From assembly GCA_038054875.1 (NCBI GenBank), contig JBBUJK010000009.1, positions 1 through 53,484 of the forward strand: 53,484 nt of DNA, written 5' to 3'. The stretch comes from Patescibacteria group bacterium (GTDB lineage: Bacteria > Patescibacteriota > Patescibacteriia > 2-12-FULL-57-11). The translations under genes were made by a program, and so were the position numbers. Shown piece by piece: positions 8,994 through 16,357 of the stretch. The notes under the pieces were generated by a model. The model did not search any database and had not been told where the DNA came from. It worked only from the letters and a program-made list of their open reading frames with translations. Position 1 is the first letter of the stretch. Every line of letters begins with the position of its first letter.

Positions 8994-9836
8994 TTACCGC
9001 TTCCCGAGGTATTCGGCAAGGGCCTCCTCCCAGGGGCGCATCGGTGGCAACTTGGTATTTTTCAGGACGGAAAACGCGGGGCGCTTGGCCGGACGCTCAA
9101 AGGTTGAGGCCGGCACCGGCGTCACCGGCACGTTGCCGAAACCGGCGAGCTCCAGTGCTTTCTTACCGAACTGATACCAGGTGCAGGCGCCGCTGTTCGT
9201 GACATGGTAGATGCCGAACGGCTTGCGCGTCGTGAGCATCTCGCGGGTGCGCTTTGCCAAATCAACCACGTAGGTCGGCGAACTCACTTCTTCGTCCACG
9301 AGCTCAAGCGGTCCGCCCTCCTTGGCCTTGGCAATGATCTTGTCGACGAAGCTGGCCTTTGTCCCATCTGCGGCCCCTTGATTGCCAAACAGTCGCGAAG
9401 TGCGAATCAGGTAGTACTCGGTCGCCGCCTGCTTCAAGAGTCGTTCGCCAAGCAGTTTGGATTCGCCGTATTTGGAAATCGGTTCGGGCTTGTCATATTC
9501 AACGTAGCCGCCCTGCTTGGTGCCGTCGAATACATAGTCCGACGAGTAGTGCACCACAAAGATGCCGAGGATCGAACAGATGTCGGCGATCGAGCCCACG
9601 GCGCTCCCATTGACGAGCTTGGCCACCGAGTCGTCCTTCTCAATGCCGTCCACGTCGTTCATGGCCGCGGCGTTGATGATGAGATCTGGCCCGACTTCGG
9701 TGATCTTCAGGCCATACTCTTCGGGCTTGGTAATGTCGATTTCCTCGCGATCCCAAAGGGTCAGCTGCTGGTCGGCAAAAACCTTGGCCAGTTCCTGGCC
9801 GAGCATCCCTTTGGATCCGATAATCAGAATCTTCAT
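8994..9836 (-). CDS. rmlD: dTDP-4-dehydrorhamnose reductase
   Basis: MKILIIGSKGMLGQEL Rossmann N-terminus, YGESKLLGE catalytic YxxxK, size 280 aa, rml gene context. Confidence 0.85.
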   Translation of the reverse strand: MKILIIGSKGMLGQELAKVFADQQLTLWDREEIDITKPEEYGLKITEVGPDLIINAAAMNDVDGIEKDDSVAKLVNGSAVGSIADICSILGIFVVHYSSDYVFDGTKQGGYVEYDKPEPISKYGESKLLGERLLKQAATEYYLIRTSRLFGNQGAADGTKASFVDKIIAKAKEGGPLELVDEEVSSPTYVVDLAKRTREMLTTRKPFGIYHVTNSGACTWYQFGKKALELAGFGNVPVTPVPASTFERPAKRPAFSVLKNTKLPPMRPWEEALAEYLGKR

Positions 9837-9898
9837 AGGTTGCAGCGACTATAACAGCGGCACCCGGACCGGTCCAGACGGACGAGCATAAAAAAGAA

Positions 9899-9927
9899 GG
9901 GCTTCCTGAGGGAAGCCCGTACACCGG
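9899..9927 (-). terminator. Rho-independent terminator after the HAD gene
   Basis: Minus strand GGGCTTCC-ctca-GGAAGCCC followed by TTCTTTTTT. Confidence 0.7.
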
Positions 9928-9945
9928 GACGTCTGTCCGATGCGA

Positions 9946-10632
9946 CTAGCAGGGCGCGAAGTTGAAGCTGCTGCCCGTCACGAACTCACTGGGGACGCCG
10001 GCCTCGATGAGCCGCGCCTTGAGCTCGCAGATTGTTGCGGCGTCGATCTTGTCGAAACAGAATGACGGAATGCCGTGCGCCCGCGCTGCCGTGACATGCT
10101 CCGGCATGTCGTCGACGAAAAAGCATTGCTCCGGCTGCGCACCCAGCTGCCTGCGCAGCTTGATGAAGTAGTCGGGGTCGCCCTTCCGCCGTCCCAGTCG
10201 GTAGCTGTGGGTGTGGTGGTGGAAGAGATTCGCGACCATGGGATGGGGTGCCACGCCGCTCTCGTAGCTCTGGCTGTCGATGTTCGACGCCGAGACGATG
10301 TTCATGTGCCGCCCGAGCGCCATCCAGAGCCGCGCCACCGGCAGGATCGGCTCCTGCAGGAGCTCGCGCCAGATGCGCGTGAAGTGCGCCGGCGCGTCCG
10401 GCTCGAGCTGCGCGCCTATCTGCGCAAGGCGCTGGAGCGTGACCTCGCGGTAGACGTGCCACGGGACGTCGCCGCGCTCGAAGGCGCGCATGCGCTCGCC
10501 CTCGAAGTAGACGACCTGTCTCACTTCCTGCTGATCGAGCCCGTAGCGCTTGGCCAGCTGTTCTTCCCTGTGGAACCTGCGGATCCGCACCAGCACGTCG
10601 CCGATGTCGGACAAGATGAATCGAATGCTCAC
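9946..10632 (-). CDS. HAD-superfamily hydrolase
   Basis: ORF 9946..10683 trimmed to GTG 10632 (AAGGAGAG 5 nt upstream); FILSDIGDVLV (motif I-like), FFVDDMPEHVTAARAHGIPSF (motif IV). Confidence 0.6.
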   Translation of the reverse strand: MSIRFILSDIGDVLVRIRRFHREEQLAKRYGLDQQEVRQVVYFEGERMRAFERGDVPWHVYREVTLQRLAQIGAQLEPDAPAHFTRIWRELLQEPILPVARLWMALGRHMNIVSASNIDSQSYESGVAPHPMVANLFHHHTHSYRLGRRKGDPDYFIKLRRQLGAQPEQCFFVDDMPEHVTAARAHGIPSFCFDKIDAATICELKARLIEAGVPSEFVTGSSFNFAPC

Positions 10633-10687
10633 GTTTCTCTCCTTCGTGGGTCGGAGGATACGCGTCCGTGAGCGGCCTGTCAACCCG

Positions 10688-10714
10688 TCCCGAGCGAGCG
10701 GAGCGAGTCGAGGG
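10688..10714. repeat. Family B repeat, solo half-copy (TCCCGAGCGAGCGGAGCGAGTCGAGGG)
   Basis: Matches the right arm of the 11283-11353 hairpin at most positions; lies between rmlC stop and HAD start. Confidence 0.6.
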
Positions 10715-10718
10715 ACCC

Positions 10719-11270
10719 TTACGGCTGCTGCGCGACGTCCATCTCGTACTGTGTCAGGATGTCCAAAAAGCCGGGAACGGTTTTAATGGTGCGACGGTCG
10801 TAGTCGGCGTCGTCATGCGGCTCTGAAGCGACCGCGATGGTCACGACCTTCTCTTCCGTGAGCGGCCAGTAGGCGTGATAGACGCCAGCCGGAACAACGA
10901 TGCACGCCATCTGCTTCTGATCGAGCGTGTAGACGGGATGATGCACCGGCAGAGTCGGTGCATCAAATCCGAGCACCACCCCGGCATTCTCTCCGAATGT
11001 CGGCGATCCCTCGCGGAAGTCGTGGAACAGCCAGAGCGCGGTGCCGGTCATCGTAAAAAAAATCTCGTGGTTCTTGAAATGAAAATGTGCGGCACGTGCG
11101 ATGTGCGTGCCGGTCGCGATCGAGGCGTAGATGTTGCCGACGCCATGATCCTGAACAACCGGATTTGTCGTGCCGCCCTGAATCATTTCCGCGAGCAAAC
11201 CACGCGTGTCACCAAATACTTTCTGCACGTGGACCTCGAGTCCTTGGATGGATGTGGTGATGGGTTCCAT
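10719..11270 (-). CDS. rmlC: dTDP-4-dehydrorhamnose 3,5-epimerase-like cupin
   Basis: FGDTRGLL, HFHFKNHEIFFTMTGTALWLFHDFREGSPTFGE and VVPAGVYHAY parallel RmlC motifs; rml context. Confidence 0.7.
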   Translation of the reverse strand: MEPITTSIQGLEVHVQKVFGDTRGLLAEMIQGGTTNPVVQDHGVGNIYASIATGTHIARAAHFHFKNHEIFFTMTGTALWLFHDFREGSPTFGENAGVVLGFDAPTLPVHHPVYTLDQKQMACIVVPAGVYHAYWPLTEEKVVTIAVASEPHDDADYDRRTIKTVPGFLDILTQYEMDVAQQP

Positions 11271-11282
11271 AGATTTGGTTGT

Positions 11283-11353
11283 CCCTCGACTTCGCTGCGC
11301 TCCGCTCGGGAAATAAATTTTTATTCCCCGAGTGAGCGAAGCGAATCGAGGGG
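11283..11353. repeat. Family B palindromic element (28-nt arms, AT-rich loop) between rmlB and rmlC
   Basis: CCCTCGACTTCGCTGCGCTCCGCTCGGG-aaataaatttttatt-CCCCGAGTGAGCGAAGCGAATCGAGGGG, imperfect inverted repeat starting right after the rmlB stop. Confidence 0.7.
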
Positions 11354-12370
11354 CTACCTAATATGTGCGTTAATCTCGGCCTGTCGGAGGCGCAATTTCT
11401 CGACCCAGTCCACGTTCTTCTGATACCACTGAATGGTCTCGCGCAAGCCGTCCGTGAATTTCTCTTTTGTGTAGACGGGCTGCCAACCGAGTTCCTTCTT
11501 GATTTTGGTGGCATCGATGCCGTAGCGGCGGTCGTGGCCGGGGCGGTCCTGCACGGTCACGACGAGCGACGCCGGCTTGCCGAGCTCAGCCAGAATCATC
11601 TGCACCACGTCGATGTTGTGGCGCTCATTGTCAGCGCCGATGTTGTAGACCTCGCCTGGCACGCCCTTCTCAAGCATCAGCTGGATGGCGCGGGCGTGGT
11701 CCATGACGTGGATCCAATCGCGCACGTATCTGCCATCGCCGTAGATCGGCACCGGCTCATCAGCCATGGCCTTGAAGACGGCGTACGGAATGAGCTTCTC
11801 GGGGAATTGAAACGGTCCGTAATTGTTGGAGCAGTGCGAAACAATCACCGGCACGCCGAACGTTTTGAAGTAGGCGCGGCACATGAGGTCGCCGCCGGCT
11901 TTGGCTGCGGCGTACGGGACGTTCGGTTCAAAGGCCGTGGACTCCAAAAAAAGGCGCGGCTCGTCGAGCTGCAGCGTGCCGTACACTTCGTCCGTTGAAA
12001 TGTTCACGAACTTTTCCGTTTTGTGACGGCGCACGGCGTCGAGAATCGTCTGTGTGCCGATGACGTTCGTCATCACGAACTCGCGCGAGCCGACGTGAAT
12101 GGAACGGTCGACGTGCGTCTCAGCCGCGAAGTTCACGACGGCATCGGGCTTGTGTTCCACGAACACGCCATCCAGCACTTCGGCGTCGCAAATGTCGCCC
12201 TGGATGAACAGGTAACGGGCATCACCGGAGACCTCAACGAGATTGTCGAGGTTGCCGGCATAGGTCAGCTTGTCGTAGTTCACGACCAACACGTCCGGCC
12301 GGGCGGCCAGAATGTAGCGGATGAAGTTGGAACCGATGAATCCGGCCCCGCCGCAGACGAGCAGTTTCAT
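11354..12370 (-). CDS. rmlB: dTDP-glucose 4,6-dehydratase
   Basis: MKLLVCGGAGFIGSNFIRY, YAAAKAGGDL (YxxxK), full-length SDR-extended similarity, rml context. Confidence 0.9.
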   Translation of the reverse strand: MKLLVCGGAGFIGSNFIRYILAARPDVLVVNYDKLTYAGNLDNLVEVSGDARYLFIQGDICDAEVLDGVFVEHKPDAVVNFAAETHVDRSIHVGSREFVMTNVIGTQTILDAVRRHKTEKFVNISTDEVYGTLQLDEPRLFLESTAFEPNVPYAAAKAGGDLMCRAYFKTFGVPVIVSHCSNNYGPFQFPEKLIPYAVFKAMADEPVPIYGDGRYVRDWIHVMDHARAIQLMLEKGVPGEVYNIGADNERHNIDVVQMILAELGKPASLVVTVQDRPGHDRRYGIDATKIKKELGWQPVYTKEKFTDGLRETIQWYQKNVDWVEKLRLRQAEINAHIR

Positions 12371-12371
12371 A

Positions 12372-12782
12372 TCAGGAAAGGTTGGCGCGAATCTTCTCCG
12401 CGAGCGCGAGACGATCTTCCGTTGATGCTTCTGTGCCGTGCCACAATTTATGTCCGTCGTTCGGAAAGCGCGGCATGACGTGCACGTGGAGGTGCATGAC
12501 GAGTTGTCCTGCGATCGGACCTTGATTCACACCGATGTTGTATCCATCGGCACCGACCGCGGCCAGGATGCCCGGCGCGATCTTCTTCACCACACGCACC
12601 ACCGCGGCAAGTGCATCGTCCGACGCGTCGGCAATGCCGACTGCATGCGTCTTAGGCACGACGAGCGTGTGACCGGGATTCACCGGTTTGATGTCGAGGA
12701 ATGCGAGCGTGTGCTCATCCTCGTAGACCTTGGCCGCAGGAATCTCCCCGCGGATGATCTTACAAAACAGGCAGTCGTTCAT
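12372..12782 (-). CDS. HIT-family (histidine triad) protein
   Basis: CLFCKIIRGEIPA and HLHVHVMPR histidine triad; ORF 12372..12797 trimmed to ATG 12782 because the upstream ATG is supplied by the family A repeat. Confidence 0.8.
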   Translation of the reverse strand: MNDCLFCKIIRGEIPAAKVYEDEHTLAFLDIKPVNPGHTLVVPKTHAVGIADASDDALAAVVRVVKKIAPGILAAVGADGYNIGVNQGPIAGQLVMHLHVHVMPRFPNDGHKLWHGTEASTEDRLALAEKIRANLS

Positions 12783-12792
12783 AAGTGGGAAT

Positions 12793-12881
12793 GTCATCCT
12801 GAACAGTAGTGAAGGATCCTACCTGTTCATGCAAGGGCTCCAACAAGACCTGGAAGGATTCTTCGCTCCGCTCAGAATGAC
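12793..12881. repeat. Family A hairpin element, copy A1 (GTCATCCTGA..TCAGAATGAC)
   Basis: About 27-nt imperfect inverted arms around a 35-nt centre; homologous to 29459-29549 in the opposite orientation. Confidence 0.7.
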
Positions 12882-12888
12882 AGATGTG

Positions 12889-13218
12889 TTACTCGGTCAC
12901 GGACTCCAGATACACGCGCTCTTCGAACCCGCCGCGTTCGGCGAACTTCCCGGCGCGCACCGCCTCCAAGTTCTCATCGCTGATGCCGTGCACCTTCTGG
13001 AGCGCACACACCACTTCGAGCACGTCGGCCAGTTCGGCAACGAGCGCGTCGTAGGTCTGCGCACCCACGACTTCGTCCGCTTCCTCGCGGAGCTTATCGC
13101 GCAGGACACGCGCGTAATCGTCCTGCGGCAGGATGCGGGTCACCGGGCGGCCGCCTTTGGCCGTGATGACCTCGGGGATCTTATCGCGGACGAGTTTTCT
13201 GTAGTGGGTCGTCGACAT
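12889..13218 (-). CDS. MazG-like nucleoside triphosphate pyrophosphohydrolase (PRA-PH-like)
   Basis: YRKLVRDKIPE N-terminus and EEADEV..ELADVLEV acidic helices typical of the all-alpha NTP-PPase fold. Confidence 0.65.
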   Translation of the reverse strand: MSTTHYRKLVRDKIPEVITAKGGRPVTRILPQDDYARVLRDKLREEADEVVGAQTYDALVAELADVLEVVCALQKVHGISDENLEAVRAGKFAERGGFEERVYLESVTE

Positions 13219-13537
13219 AACGGGGGTCGGTCATTGCCCAGACCGCCGCGGCAACGGCGAGCGCAGCGAGCGGCGCAAGTGCCGCTCCGAGACGCGTCGG
13301 GACAGTGAAGACTACGAACGGCATGGTAGAGAGGCCGCACACGATGGTCAAGGCGATGCGCGCCGACGTAGGGGCGGGTTTCCCCCGCCCCGCACGATGG
13401 CCATACACGGCCCACGCCGCAAGCAACGCAGTCCAAGCTGCGGGCAACGGTAACGCCGTCGAGAAGATGCCCGGGTCGGCGAGCTCGAGCGCGGTGACGA
13501 TGGCGACGGTGGCGGTGGCGATGGTGAGGAAGATCAT
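13181..13537 (-). CDS. Small hydrophobic membrane protein (hypothetical)
   Basis: 118-aa ORF with 3-4 hydrophobic segments; 4-nt overlap with the upstream gene, 38-nt overlap with the MazG-like gene; contains a family C half-element. Confidence 0.4.
   Translation of the reverse strand: MIFLTIATATVAIVTALELADPGIFSTALPLPAAWTALLAAWAVYGHRAGRGKPAPTSARIALTIVCGLSTMPFVVFTVPTRLGAALAPLAALAVAAAVWAMTDPRYVDDPLQKTRPR
13368..13395. repeat. Family C half-element (GTAGGGGCGGGTTTCCCCCGCCCCGCAC)
   Basis: Single GGGGCGGG/CCCGCCCC hairpin with the GTAGGGGCG start of family C; read in frame as RAGRGKPAPT in the small membrane ORF. Confidence 0.5.
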
Positions 13538-14127
13538 AGGCCAAAACGATTGCGGACGGCCTCAAGCAGGGATGTGCGTGAAGCGGTCACAGAGAAGGTC
13601 GTGATCTGTGGCGCGTCCGCATACACCAATCCTGGAAGGGAAAGAACAACACGTAGCCGGTTGCCAGGGGTCGGTACATCGGACAACGGAATGGACGCCC
13701 GCAGCTCATGGATGAACATGCCCTGCACGATCCGCCCATCGAGATCGTAGACATTTTTGGTCAACAGGCCACCTTCGAAGAAACGGATCTGGCCGCTTCC
13801 CTCCCCGAACTCAACACCGATCCGTGCTGCGCGTGCGACCTCGTCGGGCAGACCGAAGAAGACCGCTTGCACATCGGCAACATCGAAGAACGTCGGCACA
13901 CGGACATCAACATAAAGCGGCTCACCGACGACCGTGCGCGCCGCATCCTGGGTGGGCGGGAGCGTGCGTGTCGGGGGTCCAAAGTCGGACATCTGCTGCG
14001 TCGGACCATGAAGTGACGAGCGCACGAGCCAGTTCTTCGCAAACAACCCATCCGCGGCAAGCAGGCCGAGGATGACGACGGCCCCGAAGACGATACCGAT
14101 CGCGTATTGAGAGCGGGTCGAGATCAT
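13534..14127 (-). CDS. Hypothetical protein with N-terminal membrane anchor
   Basis: 197-aa ORF, N-terminal TM helix (AIGIVFGAVVILGLLAA), 4-nt overlaps with both neighbours. Confidence 0.5.
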   Translation of the reverse strand: MISTRSQYAIGIVFGAVVILGLLAADGLFAKNWLVRSSLHGPTQQMSDFGPPTRTLPPTQDAARTVVGEPLYVDVRVPTFFDVADVQAVFFGLPDEVARAARIGVEFGEGSGQIRFFEGGLLTKNVYDLDGRIVQGMFIHELRASIPLSDVPTPGNRLRVVLSLPGLVYADAPQITTFSVTASRTSLLEAVRNRFGL

Positions 14128-15758
14128 TTGCGGACAGTCAGTTCGTAGACGGGGATGCTCTCGCCGCGCAGGTATGTGCGAACGGTCGCATCAACACCAA
14201 ACTTCACGAACACGGAACGTGCGGCAATCCTGCCATCGTCATGAAGATCGTCGATGTAATAGAAATGGTACGCCGTTCCGTAACGCGCGACCAAGTCAAT
14301 CGCTTGCTGGTCTTCCCACAGCGGACCCTCCAACGCGATAACGCGCCGTTCCGGAAAAAAAGCCTTGTCGAGCCGCTGCGTCAGGATGATGCCGTCCGGC
14401 GGGACGATCGCCTCCACGGCCGCTGCCATGCGTCGGTACTCCCTGGTACGGTAGTACGTCTGCTGTAACGACTCATTCGCTGTCACGAAAACCAAAGAGA
14501 AAGAAGCGACGATCATCCCAGCGAGCAGCACGCGTCCGACAATGCGTACGCGCAACTCCGGAAACCCTTCGAGCCGTTCCAAGGCGCCTGCTGCGGCGAT
14601 GCTCATGGCGAGCGCGATCGGCAACCAGTAGCGGACGTAGGAGCGGCCGACGGTGTTCACCGCGAGCATCAGCGGATCGGCGAACTGCCAGGAGCCGTAG
14701 AGCAGCACGAGGTAGCCGCAGACGAGCCCGGCGATCACGAGCGCGCCGCGTGCAAACATCCTGCGTTGGCGCGACGCATCGCCCCACGCTGCGTAACCGG
14801 CAAGTATGACGCCGACGACGGCCGGAATTGCGTACCACCAAAACGGCGCCAGGAAACTATCCCAGAACCGAGCAGCGGCGCGCAGCGGATGAATGCCGAA
14901 CGGAAAAATATACGCGAGCACGCCGCCAACAGATTCACTCGGCAACGCAATACCCGCTTCGCTGAAACGTGCGTAGCCCGCGAGCAGTGAGCCGAACAAA
15001 ACCTGTTGGAGCAAAAGCGTTGGCGCGATCGCCAGCGACAAGCCGAGGAACCAGGCAGCCGCCTGACGCCATCGGACCCCTCCAGCAACCCTCCTTGACA
15101 CGGGTGAACCAAAGGAAGTCGCCGCAAGCAATACGAGCAGCACTGGTACGGCCCACAGTGCCTCGGACAGTCGGATACCAAAGGCAAGGCCGGCGGCAGC
15201 ACCGGAGAGGGCGAACAGCGGCACGGCATGTTTCTTCTGGCTGCGCGCCAGCGCCATGCCCGCGGCAGACAAGATCAGCAGCGCCAGGAACGGAATATTC
15301 GGCAGATGCGTGAATGCCGCGAAGTACCAGGTCGCCGGATGAAACAGGAAAAGTACTGCGGAGAGTACTGCGTGCCGCTGACTGAGGACCGACCGCAGAG
15401 CGACGTACAAGCCGAATCCTGACGCGGCTGCAAGCAACGGCACGACGAAGAGCGATGCGGTATTGCCAAACACGCGTCCGACCGTGCCGAGCAGGATCGG
15501 CAGTCCGACGAAGCCGGCGGGCACGAGCATGCCGTCGCGCACGTTGACGCTCCGCGGATGCAACCGTCGCTCAAGCAATGCGATGTCCGGATCCTCAGCA
15601 GTAACAGACTCACCCGCGGCGATGCGGCGGGCGAAATAGGCGGTGCTTGTTTCATCCGGCCAGTCGAAACGCCAGGGTGCGCCGGACGCATTCACGAACG
15701 CCAGGATGGATGCGGTCAGGGCAAACACGGCGACTGCTGCCGCGAGCAACCGCTTCAT
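14124..15758 (-). CDS. Polytopic membrane protein, putative GT-C-fold glycosyltransferase (ArnT/PMT-like)
   Basis: ORF 14124..15884 trimmed to ATG 15758 (MKRLLAAAV..; ATGA overlap with upstream stop); more than 10 hydrophobic segments; DE motif after first TM (FDWPDETSTAYF). Confidence 0.5.
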   Translation of the reverse strand: MKRLLAAAVAVFALTASILAFVNASGAPWRFDWPDETSTAYFARRIAAGESVTAEDPDIALLERRLHPRSVNVRDGMLVPAGFVGLPILLGTVGRVFGNTASLFVVPLLAAASGFGLYVALRSVLSQRHAVLSAVLFLFHPATWYFAAFTHLPNIPFLALLILSAAGMALARSQKKHAVPLFALSGAAAGLAFGIRLSEALWAVPVLLVLLAATSFGSPVSRRVAGGVRWRQAAAWFLGLSLAIAPTLLLQQVLFGSLLAGYARFSEAGIALPSESVGGVLAYIFPFGIHPLRAAARFWDSFLAPFWWYAIPAVVGVILAGYAAWGDASRQRRMFARGALVIAGLVCGYLVLLYGSWQFADPLMLAVNTVGRSYVRYWLPIALAMSIAAAGALERLEGFPELRVRIVGRVLLAGMIVASFSLVFVTANESLQQTYYRTREYRRMAAAVEAIVPPDGIILTQRLDKAFFPERRVIALEGPLWEDQQAIDLVARYGTAYHFYYIDDLHDDGRIAARSVFVKFGVDATVRTYLRGESIPVYELTVRK

Positions 15759-16327
15759 ATCCCGTGCGTCAGGAGTGAGACCAATGCGAAGATGAGCGCG
15801 AGCGCAAACACGCCGAAGGAGATGGGAATGAACAAGTCGTATCCCGTGGCAATGGCGATGAGCAAGAGGAGCACGCCGGCGCATTGCAAGATCATCTTGA
15901 TTTTACCCCACGTGTTGGCCGGCTTGACGATGCCGCGACGTAAGCGGATGTACCCGCCAATAAGCGTCAACAACTCAAGCACGATGATCGTGATGCCTAA
16001 GAACGGATTGACGTGCTCAAAGACAATGACCACCACCATGGCGCCAATCAGGAGTTTGTCGGCCAATGGATCGAACAGCGTTCCCCACTCCGTAATCTGT
16101 TTCCGGGTGCGGGCCATAGCGCCATCGATCATGTCGGTCGAGGCGACGAGAAGGAAAGCAACGATGCCGGCGGTGGTGTGGTCGGCCGCTACAAGCCACA
16201 CCACGAACGGCGTGGCCAGGAAACGAAGGATGGTGATGTGGTTGGGAAGAACCCAACGAGGAATCAGCCGCAGAACGGTGACCTCGAGCAGCCGATCGTG
16301 GGGAAATGGAACCGATGGATCACGCAT
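15755..16327 (-). CDS. CDP-alcohol phosphatidyltransferase family protein
   Basis: D-x2-DG-x2-AR-x8-G-x3-D-x3-D motif: DMIDGAMARTRKQITEWGTLFDPLADK; track start 16357 is GTG, ATG at 16327 preferred. Confidence 0.8.
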   Translation of the reverse strand: MRDPSVPFPHDRLLEVTVLRLIPRWVLPNHITILRFLATPFVVWLVAADHTTAGIVAFLLVASTDMIDGAMARTRKQITEWGTLFDPLADKLLIGAMVVVIVFEHVNPFLGITIIVLELLTLIGGYIRLRRGIVKPANTWGKIKMILQCAGVLLLLIAIATGYDLFIPISFGVFALALIFALVSLLTHGI

Positions 16328-16357
16328 AGACGACGCGCACCGTGGTAATATGCGCAC

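Noticed and set aside
7668-9107. 479-aa plus-strand ORF across rmlA
   Set aside because: Antisense to a well-supported rmlA/rmlD pair, with no recognisable motifs and shadow-ORF composition.
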